Notes under the pieces: generated by a model
The model's database searches: none
Told to the model about the DNA's origin: nothing
What the model saw: only the letters and a program-made list of their open reading frames with translations
Translations under genes and position numbers: made by a program
Part shown: positions 9,952 through 19,067 of the stretch, piece by piece
Layout: every line of letters starts with the position of its first letter
How positions within the stretch are numbered: the stretch's first letter is position 1
IMG/VR virus record: IMGVR_UViG_2875882051_000003
Origin: an uncultured virus (IMG/VR IMGVR_UViG_2875882051_000003)
Taxonomy: Duplodnaviria; Heunggongvirae; Uroviricota; Caudoviricetes
Direction: 5' to 3' (one strand)
Length of the DNA stretch: 64,000 nt

Positions 9952-10674
9952 ATGTTCAAAATTGAAAGAACCGAAGAAGGCGAATTACGTTTTGTAGGAC
10001 AATTTGATTTAGGTTCGCTTGGTAAATTTCCAAGTGAAAAAATTGAATTTGATATGAACGAGTTTGCACCATTAGACAATGATGTAGATTCTGATTGCGA
10101 AGATAAAGAAAGTAAGTATTATCAAAATAGATTTTCTAGATTATCAAAAATTATTAGAACAGATATGAGTGAAAATGAAAAACTAGAAAAGCTTGGAGCT
10201 TTTTATGAAGAAAAGCAAAAAGAAGTTATTGAAAATTTAGATGTAATTGAAGATAGATTTTTAAAATTCATTATTATGGACTTTGTTGATTGTGATTTCC
10301 CATTTTGGGAAGAAGCTGATGGGAGCTTAACATCATTTATAATTCCAGAAAAAATGCCTAATCATTTATCAAATAATGAAGAGGAATTAATAGATTTAAT
10401 TTATGGTGATCTACCAGATAATATTTATGAGCTGATTGATACAGAATATGAGCCAGGCAAAAATGTAATGTCGGCGAGGGAAATTTGTTTGAAGTATTTT
10501 CCTATGATAGATATAGATAATCTTATTTCAACAATATATCCAGATATATTAGTATTAAATGGTGATATCTTAATATTTCAGTGTTCAAGTAATGTTGGAG
10601 ATGGGATGATTATATGTTCGGCTTATGCAGAGATATTACCAAATTATAAATTCGATGATTGGCATAATCACTAA
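9952..10674 (+). CDS. Hypothetical acidic protein
   Basis: Probable start ATG 9952 after GGAGGG; the track start at 9859 lies inside the repeat. Confidence 0.7.
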   Translation: MFKIERTEEGELRFVGQFDLGSLGKFPSEKIEFDMNEFAPLDNDVDSDCEDKESKYYQNRFSRLSKIIRTDMSENEKLEKLGAFYEEKQKEVIENLDVIEDRFLKFIIMDFVDCDFPFWEEADGSLTSFIIPEKMPNHLSNNEEELIDLIYGDLPDNIYELIDTEYEPGKNVMSAREICLKYFPMIDIDNLISTIYPDILVLNGDILIFQCSSNVGDGMIICSAYAEILPNYKFDDWHNH

Positions 10675-10859
10675 GTTAGAATATTAATTTTATATAACAA
10701 ACAAAAGGAGAACAAAATATAGAATATTCAAATCATGATGAAGTAACAATTTATGTGAATGATGAGCTGTATAAAAGGATAGAGATCGAAGAATGGAATG
10801 ATACATTTACAGTATAGTAATTTAGATTTTTATTGTTTTGAAATTATAAAGGAATCTAT

Positions 10860-10899
10860 ATACCACAAAATTCAGAGAAATGAATTTGTGGTATTTTTT
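10860..10899 (+). repeat. Cassette-boundary hairpin, copy 4
   Basis: ATACCACAAAATTCAGAGAAATGAATTTGTGGTATTTTTT. Confidence 0.9.
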
Positions 10900-10993
10900 G
10901 TTGTTTTATAGATACAAATGGAAGATGATGCTACAATAAAAGTATATTGATAGTAGAATGAAATAATCTAAATTTATGAGGGGGATGTAAACA

Positions 10994-11803
10994 ATGAATA
11001 TTGTTGCATTAAAATCAAATAGAAAAGAATATTATTCAATTTTTCATTTCATTAATATGACAGAAGTTGAACGAGATAATTATAGAGATAATATTGTCTG
11101 CATGGAGTGTGGTGTAGATGCTTATTATAGGAAGCCTACAAAAGATGGTAAAATTGCATGTTTTGGTGCAAAACATATAGACGGGTGTGGTATGTCCAGC
11201 GGTAATAAAAATAAAAGTTTAGATGGCGATAAAGAAACTAATGAGATTGATATACAAACTTCTGAGTTTGATATTAGATGGAATTACATAAACTCGAGTG
11301 ATGTAACAAAAAAAGCAGAAGTTGAAAATCAGGATGAAGCTGTCATAAAAAATACAAGAAAATACACAAAAAAGCCATCGATAGAAAAGAATATAAAAAT
11401 CAGTTTGAATCAAATTTTGGAATTTGCAGAATTAGATATTATTAAAGATCAAGAATTTTCAGTAAATATAAATAATAAGAATTTATTACTGAAAGATATC
11501 GTTATGAATATTGAGGAAATTAATGATAACAGCATAGATAAAGATATGTTTTTCTGGGGAAATATATCAAGTTTTAATGGTGATTATATAAATACAGTAT
11601 ATAGAAATAAAGTAAGTATAATAATTGATAAATCTATAAGTTTAAAATTCTGGAAAACATATAGGAATAGAATTTTAAAGATAATAAAAAATAATTCAGT
11701 CATAATCTTTGGGAAAGCCAAGAAATCCCAAAAAGGTAACTATTACATATTGCTTAATGATATTAAGACGTTTTATATCAAGAATGCTAGGAAAAATAAT
11801 TAA
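10994..11803 (+). CDS. Hypothetical protein with N-terminal Zn-ribbon-like motif
   Basis: CMEC..CF..H...C motif. Confidence 0.65.
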   Translation: MNIVALKSNRKEYYSIFHFINMTEVERDNYRDNIVCMECGVDAYYRKPTKDGKIACFGAKHIDGCGMSSGNKNKSLDGDKETNEIDIQTSEFDIRWNYINSSDVTKKAEVENQDEAVIKNTRKYTKKPSIEKNIKISLNQILEFAELDIIKDQEFSVNINNKNLLLKDIVMNIEEINDNSIDKDMFFWGNISSFNGDYINTVYRNKVSIIIDKSISLKFWKTYRNRILKIIKNNSVIIFGKAKKSQKGNYYILLNDIKTFYIKNARKNN

Positions 11804-11817
11804 AGGAGTTTGAAAAA

Positions 11818-13014
11818 ATGAATATATTAGTCATAGGAAATGGGTTTGATTTAGAACATGGATTACCAACAATGTATAAGGATTTTTTGAAATATATTAG
11901 AATAGTAGGAGCTATATCAGATCTTGGAAAAGATGAGAATATTGAAGTTGTGATAGATAGGTTAACTGCAAATGATGCTTATTTTAATAAATATTTTAAA
12001 GAGATTTTTACTAATGGAATGCTAGATGAAAATAATATAATTAATGAATTAATAGAATTAAGTAAAAATAATATTTGGATAAAGTATTTCAGAGATTTAA
12101 ATTTTAATGGAAATAAAGGGTGGATTGATTTTGAATATGAAATTTCACATGTAATTAGAAGCTTAGATTATATGAAAAAATATAGATATAGAACAAGAAT
12201 CCAAAAAGAAATTGATGTTAGTAAGAACAGGGATGCTAACAATATAGAAAATCATATTGAAAAAATTATTGGAGAATTATCTAAAAGAATAGAATATCTC
12301 AATGAAGATGAATATAACAAGGAAATAACTAAAAGACTTCAGCAACACTTAGAGAATTTAATTAGATGCTTAGAAATATATTTAGAAGATTGTGTTGGTA
12401 AAATAGATACAGCATATTTAGCGCCAGATATAAAAGATATTAAATTTGATAAAGTATTAAGTTTTAATTATACCAATACTTACGAAAGAATATACGATTT
12501 TAATAATAAAGAGATAGAATATCATTATATTCATGGAAAAGCTGATATTACTCGTGCTGTTGACGATAATAATATGGTTCTGGGGATAGATGAGTATCTT
12601 GATGATGAATCTAAAGACAAAGAGTTAGAATTTATTGCTTTTAAAAAATATTTTCAAAGAATTTATAAAAAGACAGGAAACGAATATAGAAAATGGATTT
12701 TGAGAATGAAAGATATTGAATATGAAACTATAGGTGAATGCGATGAAATAGGTCAATACCAAACACAAAAAATTAAAAATGAAGTATATATATTTGGTCA
12801 TTCACTTGACATAACAGATAAAGATATTATAAAGGAATTAATTGAATGCCCAAATACAGAAACAACAATTTTTTATTACGATAAAGGTGTATATGCTCAA
12901 CAGATTGCTAACTTAGTAAAAGTAATTGGACAAGATGAGCTAATAAAAAGAGTTTCGGGAGCAAATCCAACTATTGTTTTTAAACAGCAGCAAAAGAAAA
13001 TTGAGAGAAATTAG
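11818..13014 (+). CDS. abiH: AbiH-family abortive-infection protein (SIR2-like)
   Basis: ILVIGNGFDL.HGLPT.Y.DF, SFNYT, YIHG, IFGHSL..D motifs. Confidence 0.8.
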   Translation: MNILVIGNGFDLEHGLPTMYKDFLKYIRIVGAISDLGKDENIEVVIDRLTANDAYFNKYFKEIFTNGMLDENNIINELIELSKNNIWIKYFRDLNFNGNKGWIDFEYEISHVIRSLDYMKKYRYRTRIQKEIDVSKNRDANNIENHIEKIIGELSKRIEYLNEDEYNKEITKRLQQHLENLIRCLEIYLEDCVGKIDTAYLAPDIKDIKFDKVLSFNYTNTYERIYDFNNKEIEYHYIHGKADITRAVDDNNMVLGIDEYLDDESKDKELEFIAFKKYFQRIYKKTGNEYRKWILRMKDIEYETIGECDEIGQYQTQKIKNEVYIFGHSLDITDKDIIKELIECPNTETTIFYYDKGVYAQQIANLVKVIGQDELIKRVSGANPTIVFKQQQKKIERN

Positions 13015-13046
13015 TTTTTATTTATATAGCTATAAGGAGTGAGTTC

Positions 13047-14456
13047 ATGTATAGATTTAGGTCAACTAAGTATCTTTTAGATGAAGAGTTCAAGGAACTT
13101 GAAAATCAGGAAATTTATTTTGCTCCACCAGAACAACTTAATGATCCGATGGAAGGTTTTAAAGATATATTTTGGCAAGGTGATGAAATTCTTTGGAAAA
13201 ACTTTTTGAAACATTATCTTTTGTGTTTTGAACATATTGTTTCCATCTGGAGTGTAATTGGAGAAAGCGAGAGAATAGAGGGAAATTATATTCCAGTATT
13301 CAAAACGGAAACAGAATTGTTAACAGAAGAACATAAGCAAAGATTTAGTGATATAAAGGAAAAATTCTTTTCAAATAAGTGTATTTCAAATCTGCCTAAG
13401 TTACTATCTAGCAGAAAAGTACCTATAAGAATAAATGAGCTAACAATGTATCTAGAATTTGTACATAAATTTGCATTTGATTCTATAAACTTAGTGTACT
13501 CGCAAAAAGGTCTTATGGATAGAATTGAAATTTTAGGAGATAAGGCTGATGACGTTACCACTTTTCAAAAAATTATCGAAGGCGCAAATAGGTTCTGTGA
13601 AGATATTAATTATAAAGATAATGGCGAAGAAATATTTGAAGTACTAAAGAATACGAGCGATGAACTTAAATTGATATCTTATTATAATAAAGATATTGAT
13701 TTTAATCATCATAATATGAAGTTTATAATTGAAACATTTCCAAGTTCTTATTTATCAATATTAGATAAACTAATATATCAAAAATGGTATACAGCTTGTT
13801 TTATGGATAATTATCATAATTCATCAGTTTGGGGAAGTTATGGAGATAATCATAAAGGAATTTGTTTAGAATTTAAAACTAAGAAAAAGGAAGGGGATGA
13901 GTATTTAACATTAAAGAGTATTAAAAGCTGTGGTACTACAGGTGATATAGTTGAAAAACGTGATTATGAATTGAAAAAAGTTACATATCAAAAAAAATTT
14001 ATAGAAATAGATTTTTTTAAATCTTTAGGACGTTTATCAATAACAAAACTTAAGTCGCAATGGTATGTGGATGAGAATGGGAATAGTAGCAAATATATCG
14101 ATTTGGGAAAATTTGATGACGATTGGAGAAACTTATATTGGGATGATTTTTATAAGAGTGTTACGACTAAAACTGAAGATTGGAAATATGAATGCGAGTA
14201 TAGAATGGTTATAGATGAATACTTTACAGACTATGGAGAAATAGAAAAGAGAAAGCTTATATACGATTTTAATGATTTAGATGGGATTATATTTGGAATT
14301 AAAACATCAGATTCAGATAAAATTAAAATTATGAGAATAATTGAAAAAAAGTGTAGAGAAACTGGGCGTGATAAGTTTAATTTCTATCAAGCTAAATATT
14401 CTCATGAAACAGGACAAATTGAACGCAAAAGGCTTAATTTACTGAAATTCAAATAA
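13047..14456 (+). CDS. DUF2971-domain protein
   Basis: YRFR..LNDPMEG, ACF..WGSYGDNHKGICLEF, K..DWKYECEYR, IIFG motifs. Confidence 0.8.
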   Translation: MYRFRSTKYLLDEEFKELENQEIYFAPPEQLNDPMEGFKDIFWQGDEILWKNFLKHYLLCFEHIVSIWSVIGESERIEGNYIPVFKTETELLTEEHKQRFSDIKEKFFSNKCISNLPKLLSSRKVPIRINELTMYLEFVHKFAFDSINLVYSQKGLMDRIEILGDKADDVTTFQKIIEGANRFCEDINYKDNGEEIFEVLKNTSDELKLISYYNKDIDFNHHNMKFIIETFPSSYLSILDKLIYQKWYTACFMDNYHNSSVWGSYGDNHKGICLEFKTKKKEGDEYLTLKSIKSCGTTGDIVEKRDYELKKVTYQKKFIEIDFFKSLGRLSITKLKSQWYVDENGNSSKYIDLGKFDDDWRNLYWDDFYKSVTTKTEDWKYECEYRMVIDEYFTDYGEIEKRKLIYDFNDLDGIIFGIKTSDSDKIKIMRIIEKKCRETGRDKFNFYQAKYSHETGQIERKRLNLLKFK

Positions 14457-14530
14457 ATTAAACTTAAATATTAATAAATAAGTTGTAAAGTCAGTATAAA
14501 TGTTCATTTTATTAAAAATATCTAATTTAT

Positions 14531-14568
14531 ATACCACAACATTCAGAAATGAATTTGTGGTGTTTTTT
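14531..14568 (+). repeat. Cassette-boundary hairpin, copy 5
   Basis: ATACCACAACATTCAGAAATGAATTTGTGGTGTTTTTT. Confidence 0.9.
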
Positions 14569-14724
14569 GTGTTACTTAATAATGCCATATTGGGAAAATG
14601 TGCTATAATAATAGCAGACTCATAGAAGCTTATATAATGATATTTTGAATTATAAAAATATGTTTGTAAAAATAATTTATAATGTGTAGATAGTGATTAG
14701 TGACTAAGTAAGGAGGATGTAAAT

Positions 14725-15483
14725 ATGGCGGTACAAAAGGGTAAGAATGAGAAATTAAGACAAATAATAAAGATGTTATATGAATATGAATTAAGACATA
14801 ATAACAGAAATTATAGTGATATTTATGAAAAAGTAATTTGCGAGTACTTGGAATTTTTTCCAAGTGAAGATATTGATCTTAACAGCGATAATTTTAAAAA
14901 TTGTTATCCTGATCCAGATAACTCTTTAACAGGATTAAGTTTTGAATTAGCAGGAAGAGGGTTAGTAACTCCTAAAATTATTTCAAGGGCAGGAATATCA
15001 AACTTTGCTTTTAAATTAACTAGCAATGGTAAGGCTTTGTTTGAAAATAAAGAGGAGTTAGAAAAACAATTTCCAAGTGTTGAAGATAACTTCGCATTTG
15101 TAGTTATGTCATTTTCTGAAAATAAAGTTTTAAAAGATGCATATGAATTAGGCATAAAAGCTACAATTAAAAAATGTGGGTATAACTGTATAAGAGTAGA
15201 TGAAATTGAGCACAATCGCAGAATTACTGATAAGGTTATTGAATGTATCAAATCAGCAAAATTTATTATAGCCGATCTAACAGAGCAAAGGCCAAATTGT
15301 TATTATGAACTTGGATTTGCCCATGCATTAGAAAAAGAGGTTATTCATTTAGTTAAAGAGGGAGAAGTAATCCATTTTGATATAAAAGACTACAATTTTA
15401 TAGTTTACTCGAGTATAACGGAACTGGCAGAAAGATTAGAGGAAAGAATAATTAATACTATAGGAAAAATGGATAAGGAATAA
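14725..15483 (+). CDS. Nucleoside 2-deoxyribosyltransferase-like (TIR-like fold) protein
   Basis: FVVMSF, IADLTEQRPNCYYELGFAHAL, HFDI motifs. Confidence 0.75.
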   Translation: MAVQKGKNEKLRQIIKMLYEYELRHNNRNYSDIYEKVICEYLEFFPSEDIDLNSDNFKNCYPDPDNSLTGLSFELAGRGLVTPKIISRAGISNFAFKLTSNGKALFENKEELEKQFPSVEDNFAFVVMSFSENKVLKDAYELGIKATIKKCGYNCIRVDEIEHNRRITDKVIECIKSAKFIIADLTEQRPNCYYELGFAHALEKEVIHLVKEGEVIHFDIKDYNFIVYSSITELAERLEERIINTIGKMDKE

Positions 15484-15917
15484 AAAACTTGATATATGAT
15501 AAAACAATAATAACTATATGAAAAACAAATTAAAAAGCATATATATAATTTGAAAAAATGTTTTTGAAAATGGAATAAAGCAATTTATGGTTTTATGAAT
15601 TTGCTATTCAACTGCTTTCAATGGATAATATGAAAGATATTAATATGAATATGAGGGTGAGAAATTGGTTGGATTCTAAGACTTTTCTAGGGAATGGTAA
15701 TCATATTTGGATCTCAATAATTAGTTAAAGAGAAATTGATAAGGAAAGTACTTTCATTATAGGAGTTATTGAACTATGGATGATACTACAAAATAAAGAA
15801 TAATGTACTTTTTTACATTCTTGAAGAGAAGTTTAAATGTTATTTTACTAATAGAAGATACAGTATTTTTACTTATATCTTCTATTAATTATATATAAAA
15901 ATACCTCTATAAAATAA

Positions 15918-16340
15918 TTATTTTACAAGTCGTCTAATCGCAGAAACTATTGAATCTGTTGACCAATTAACAATCTCATTTGCATTATTAGAAACATAAG
16001 TAGGTGTTATGACGTTTCCATATGGTTTGATACCTAATATAGGTTTTCCCATACGTTTTGATTCATCGATTTCATATTGAATCCAATCTTTATATTGTAC
16101 ATACATTCCAGCAATAACAATTGTTATCTGAGATGGTGATATTTTATCTGTTATTTTTTTAGCTATATCAGAATTTGTTAAAGGAGTTCCAACAGGAAAC
16201 AAGGGTTTTTCTTTTGGCGCAGAGTAATTATAGTAACTAAAATTTTTGGCATTATCTAAAAGGTTAACTAATCTTGTATAATCGTCACCATATTTCCAAG
16301 CGTGACTTATAAAAAGTCTGTAATCATATAAACTAGGCAT
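15918..16340 (-). CDS. TIR-domain protein (MTH538/DUF1863, ThsB-like)
   Basis: LFISHAW, WIQYEI, KPILGI motifs. Confidence 0.85.
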   Translation of the reverse strand: MPSLYDYRLFISHAWKYGDDYTRLVNLLDNAKNFSYYNYSAPKEKPLFPVGTPLTNSDIAKKITDKISPSQITIVIAGMYVQYKDWIQYEIDESKRMGKPILGIKPYGNVITPTYVSNNANEIVNWSTDSIVSAIRRLVK

Positions 16341-16410
16341 AATTGTATATCATCCTTTCTTTATTGTAGTATAATAGTTATAATAATTATTTTATTATGG
16401 AGGTACTTTC

Positions 16411-16605
16411 ATGCAGATAAAGAAATATAGAAAGAAACCAATAATAATAACAGCTTATCAAACCGATAGAGAACTTCTAATTAATACTTTAGAAGGGACA
16501 CTAAAAGCAAATGTTGGAGATTATATTATAACTGGAGTGAATGGAGAGCAATATCCTTGCAAACCAGATATATTTGAAAAAACTTATGAACTAGTAGAAG
16601 AATAA
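16411..16605 (+). CDS. Small PGDYG-like protein
   Basis: [43 protein letters not shown]. Confidence 0.7.
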   Translation: MQIKKYRKKPIIITAYQTDRELLINTLEGTLKANVGDYIITGVNGEQYPCKPDIFEKTYELVEE

Positions 16606-17111
16606 TTACTTGCGGACTGGTTTTGAGAAGAACGATTTTTAGAATTGATATTTAGCCAATCCTTCCTTTCATTACTCATTAGATTTTCACAGGTTATTAT
16701 TAATAGTTCTTCTGGATCAGTACAATTTTTGTAATCTCCACATTTTGTTTCAAAGAAAATTTTTTCTCTAATTAAATTTTCACAGATAGTCCTATATTTA
16801 AGCCAATTTTCTTGATACTTATTTAATTGAATTAAGCTTGAGAATATGCATATAATTGAAGACAAAGATGTAGTAACAATTTTAACTTCAAACGATAAAG
16901 TATCAGAAAATATCACTATAATAGGAATAAGAGAATTGAAGATAAGGGTGCAGATGGTGAAAAATTTAAAACCTTTTTGCGCCTTTTTACTTTTATTGTC
17001 ATACCATTGTATTTGTTCAGTAAGCCTTTTTTCTATATAACTTGATCTGTCAATAGCTGATGTTCTATTATCTTCATTAATAATATTTTTAAAAAATTTA
17101 CAAATTTTCAT
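16584..17111 (-). CDS. DUF4231/SLATT two-TM protein
   Basis: RL..QI.WYD.KS, two hydrophobic helices, W..YR...E.L..E. Confidence 0.8.
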   Translation of the reverse strand: MKICKFFKNIINEDNRTSAIDRSSYIEKRLTEQIQWYDNKSKKAQKGFKFFTICTLIFNSLIPIIVIFSDTLSFEVKIVTTSLSSIICIFSSLIQLNKYQENWLKYRTICENLIREKIFFETKCGDYKNCTDPEELLIITCENLMSNERKDWLNINSKNRSSQNQSASNYSSTSS

Positions 17112-17131
17112 AATTACCTCTATTTTATAGT

Positions 17132-17596
17132 TTATTTATTATTTAATGAATTAAATTTCATTTTAATAATCTCAACTGGAACATAATAGCTGCTAGCTAC
17201 TTGTTCTAATGAAAATCCATTTAGCTCAAGCTGATTCACAGCTAAATCATCAATTAAAAATTCAGCAGCAAAAACGTTAGCCTCGTATTCAGATTTAATC
17301 TTGCTTATATAATTATTTTCATTTATAAAAAAACATGAAGATTTAGGATGTAGAACTGCATGTCCAATTTCGTGAGCCAAAACAAAGCGTCTTTCAATTT
17401 CAGATAAAATTGAATTAATAAAGATGACTTTGTTTTTTCTTATGTATTTGTACATACCCCACACGCTACCCAAAGGTTGAATGATTACAGTAATATCTAG
17501 GCATTCTGCTAATTCATAAGGGGATGAAGTATTGTATTTCTTCTTTAGTTTATTAATAATTTTCCTAATGTAATCCCCAGTCAAATTAACCACCAC
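17132..17596 (-). CDS. ImmA/IrrE-like anti-repressor metallopeptidase
   Basis: RFVLAHEIGH and E.EAN.FAAEFL; directly downstream of the repressor. Confidence 0.88.
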   Translation of the reverse strand: MVVNLTGDYIRKIINKLKKKYNTSSPYELAECLDITVIIQPLGSVWGMYKYIRKNKVIFINSILSEIERRFVLAHEIGHAVLHPKSSCFFINENNYISKIKSEYEANVFAAEFLIDDLAVNQLELNGFSLEQVASSYYVPVEIIKMKFNSLNNK

Positions 17597-18031
17597 CTAT
17601 TTCTTAAATTTATCTGGTGTATATTTCTTCTTATTCTTTATTTTAATTTGTTCTAGGGCCACATTCATTGCAGTTTCAATAAGATCAAAGTCTTCATCTC
17701 TAAGTTCTATGCCATTATAATATTTAGTTCCGTCAGTTTGTTCTTTAAAGTCATCCATTATGTTTTTGAGATCCTTTTGAATATCTTTTTTATCTTTCTC
17801 AGTTAAGTTAATAGCTGTATTAGGTTCTGATGAATCAGATTTTCCAAGCAAGTAATCAAGAGAAACATTATAATATTCAGCAAATTTTAGTTTCATTTCA
17901 TCACTTGGAGTTCTAGTATTTGATTCATATTGAGAAAGTGTACTTCTAGCAATATTGAAGCGCTTTGCCAGTTCGGTTTGTGAAATCTCTTTTTGAAGCC
18001 TTAGTAATTTTAATCGTTCACCTAAATTCAC
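17597..18031 (-). CDS. CI/ImmR-like XRE repressor
   Basis: XRE HTH; divergent from cro-like gene. Confidence 0.9.
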   Translation of the reverse strand: MNLGERLKLLRLQKEISQTELAKRFNIARSTLSQYESNTRTPSDEMKLKFAEYYNVSLDYLLGKSDSSEPNTAINLTEKDKKDIQKDLKNIMDDFKEQTDGTKYYNGIELRDEDFDLIETAMNVALEQIKIKNKKKYTPDKFKK

Positions 18032-18047
18032 AGTTAATTCACTCCTT

Positions 18048-18184
18048 TTTCACTATTTGTGAAATTATTATAATTGTACCCCAAATGTACTGGAAAACAA
18101 TACATTTTCACTAAATGTGAAATAAATATTGACTTTCACAATATGTGACACTATAATAAAGATAGAAGTTCACAAAATGAGAAA
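18048..18184. promoter_or_regulatory. Lysis/lysogeny switch: operators TTTCAC-N5-GTGAAA and rightward sigmaA promoter
   Basis: Palindromes at 18048-64, 18106-22, 18134-50, 18168-84; TTGACT (18129)-N17-TATAAT (18152). Confidence 0.85.
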
Positions 18185-18197
18185 AAGAGGTGGTTTA

Positions 18198-18401
18198 ATG
18201 AATAATGCAATGAAACAATATAGAGAAAGGATTGGGGTAACTCAGTCACAAATGGCAGAACAATTAGGGATTGCAGTGAGCACCTATAATATGATTGAAA
18301 ATGGTAAAAGAGGTGTTTCTGTAATATTTGCAAAAAAAATCTCATTATTGCTGAATACTTCAATAGATAATCTTTTTTTTAAGGATGTTGTTCACATATA
18401 G
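18198..18401 (+). CDS. Cro-like HTH protein
   Basis: ATG 18198 after GAGGTGG; XRE HTH. Confidence 0.85.
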   Translation: MNNAMKQYRERIGVTQSQMAEQLGIAVSTYNMIENGKRGVSVIFAKKISLLLNTSIDNLFFKDVVHI

Positions 18402-18515
18402 AGAACAATATAACTCACTAATTATTATAAATTTGAAAGAAGGTGAAATAAATCGATATTCATTCACTAAAGAAAAGTAAAATAAGCAATTTCAATACTG
18501 GAAGGGAGAGAAATT

Positions 18516-18809
18516 ATGGAAGGAAATACAAAAATAATTAAGCTCAATGAAGAAGAAATTAAAGATTTATTTTGTGCTGCTTGGCATTTAACAAATCTTA
18601 TAGAGGATTGTAAGGAAGCTAAAGTTGCAAGCTTCATTACGCCATGTGAAACTTGCAAATATCAAGTAGAGTGCAATAAAAATGATAATTTCGATGCGTA
18701 TGGTCATTTTGAAACATTAACAAAGTTAACTGGCGTAATATGTACTCCACTTAAAGGAGCCAGAGAACTAGCAGAGATAGGTAAATTTAATTTCATTGTA
18801 AAACAATAA
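18516..18809 (+). CDS. Hypothetical phage protein (CxxC)
   Basis: 97 aa ORF with RBS. Confidence 0.65.
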   Translation: MEGNTKIIKLNEEEIKDLFCAAWHLTNLIEDCKEAKVASFITPCETCKYQVECNKNDNFDAYGHFETLTKLTGVICTPLKGARELAEIGKFNFIVKQ

Positions 18810-18810
18810 A

Positions 18811-19011
18811 TTATGGAGTATTTGGCGCATTTTTATATACTGGACACCGACCATACTTATCTTTAAATGTGCATTCAGGACCTTGGTCACAAGAATAAGT
18901 CATTTTTTTATATTGATTATTAAAAAGTTCTGCATAATTTATTGATATTGAATGTTCTTCATTTAAATATGGACACTCATCAGTATGTATAGACGTAACA
19001 GTTCTTTGCAT
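18811..19011 (-). CDS. Small Cys-rich hypothetical protein on the opposite strand
   Basis: RBS AAAGGGGG on minus strand; four Cys. Confidence 0.55.
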   Translation of the reverse strand: MQRTVTSIHTDECPYLNEEHSISINYAELFNNQYKKMTYSCDQGPECTFKDKYGRCPVYKNAPNTP

Positions 19012-19067
19012 AGTAGCTACCCCCTTTCATAATAATTTTACCATATTAAGGGGAGAAAGGAGAATAA

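Noticed and set aside
6856..14568. Boundary repeats as a CRISPR array
   Set aside because: Copies are 1-3.7 kb apart with whole genes between them, and no cas genes are present.
15484..15917. Possible pseudogene in the gap between convergent genes
   Set aside because: Only short broken frames; no family recognisable by eye.
14725..17111. Canonical Thoeris (ThsA + ThsB)
   Set aside because: TIR is present but no SIR2-SLOG or Macro-domain ThsA is recognisable.
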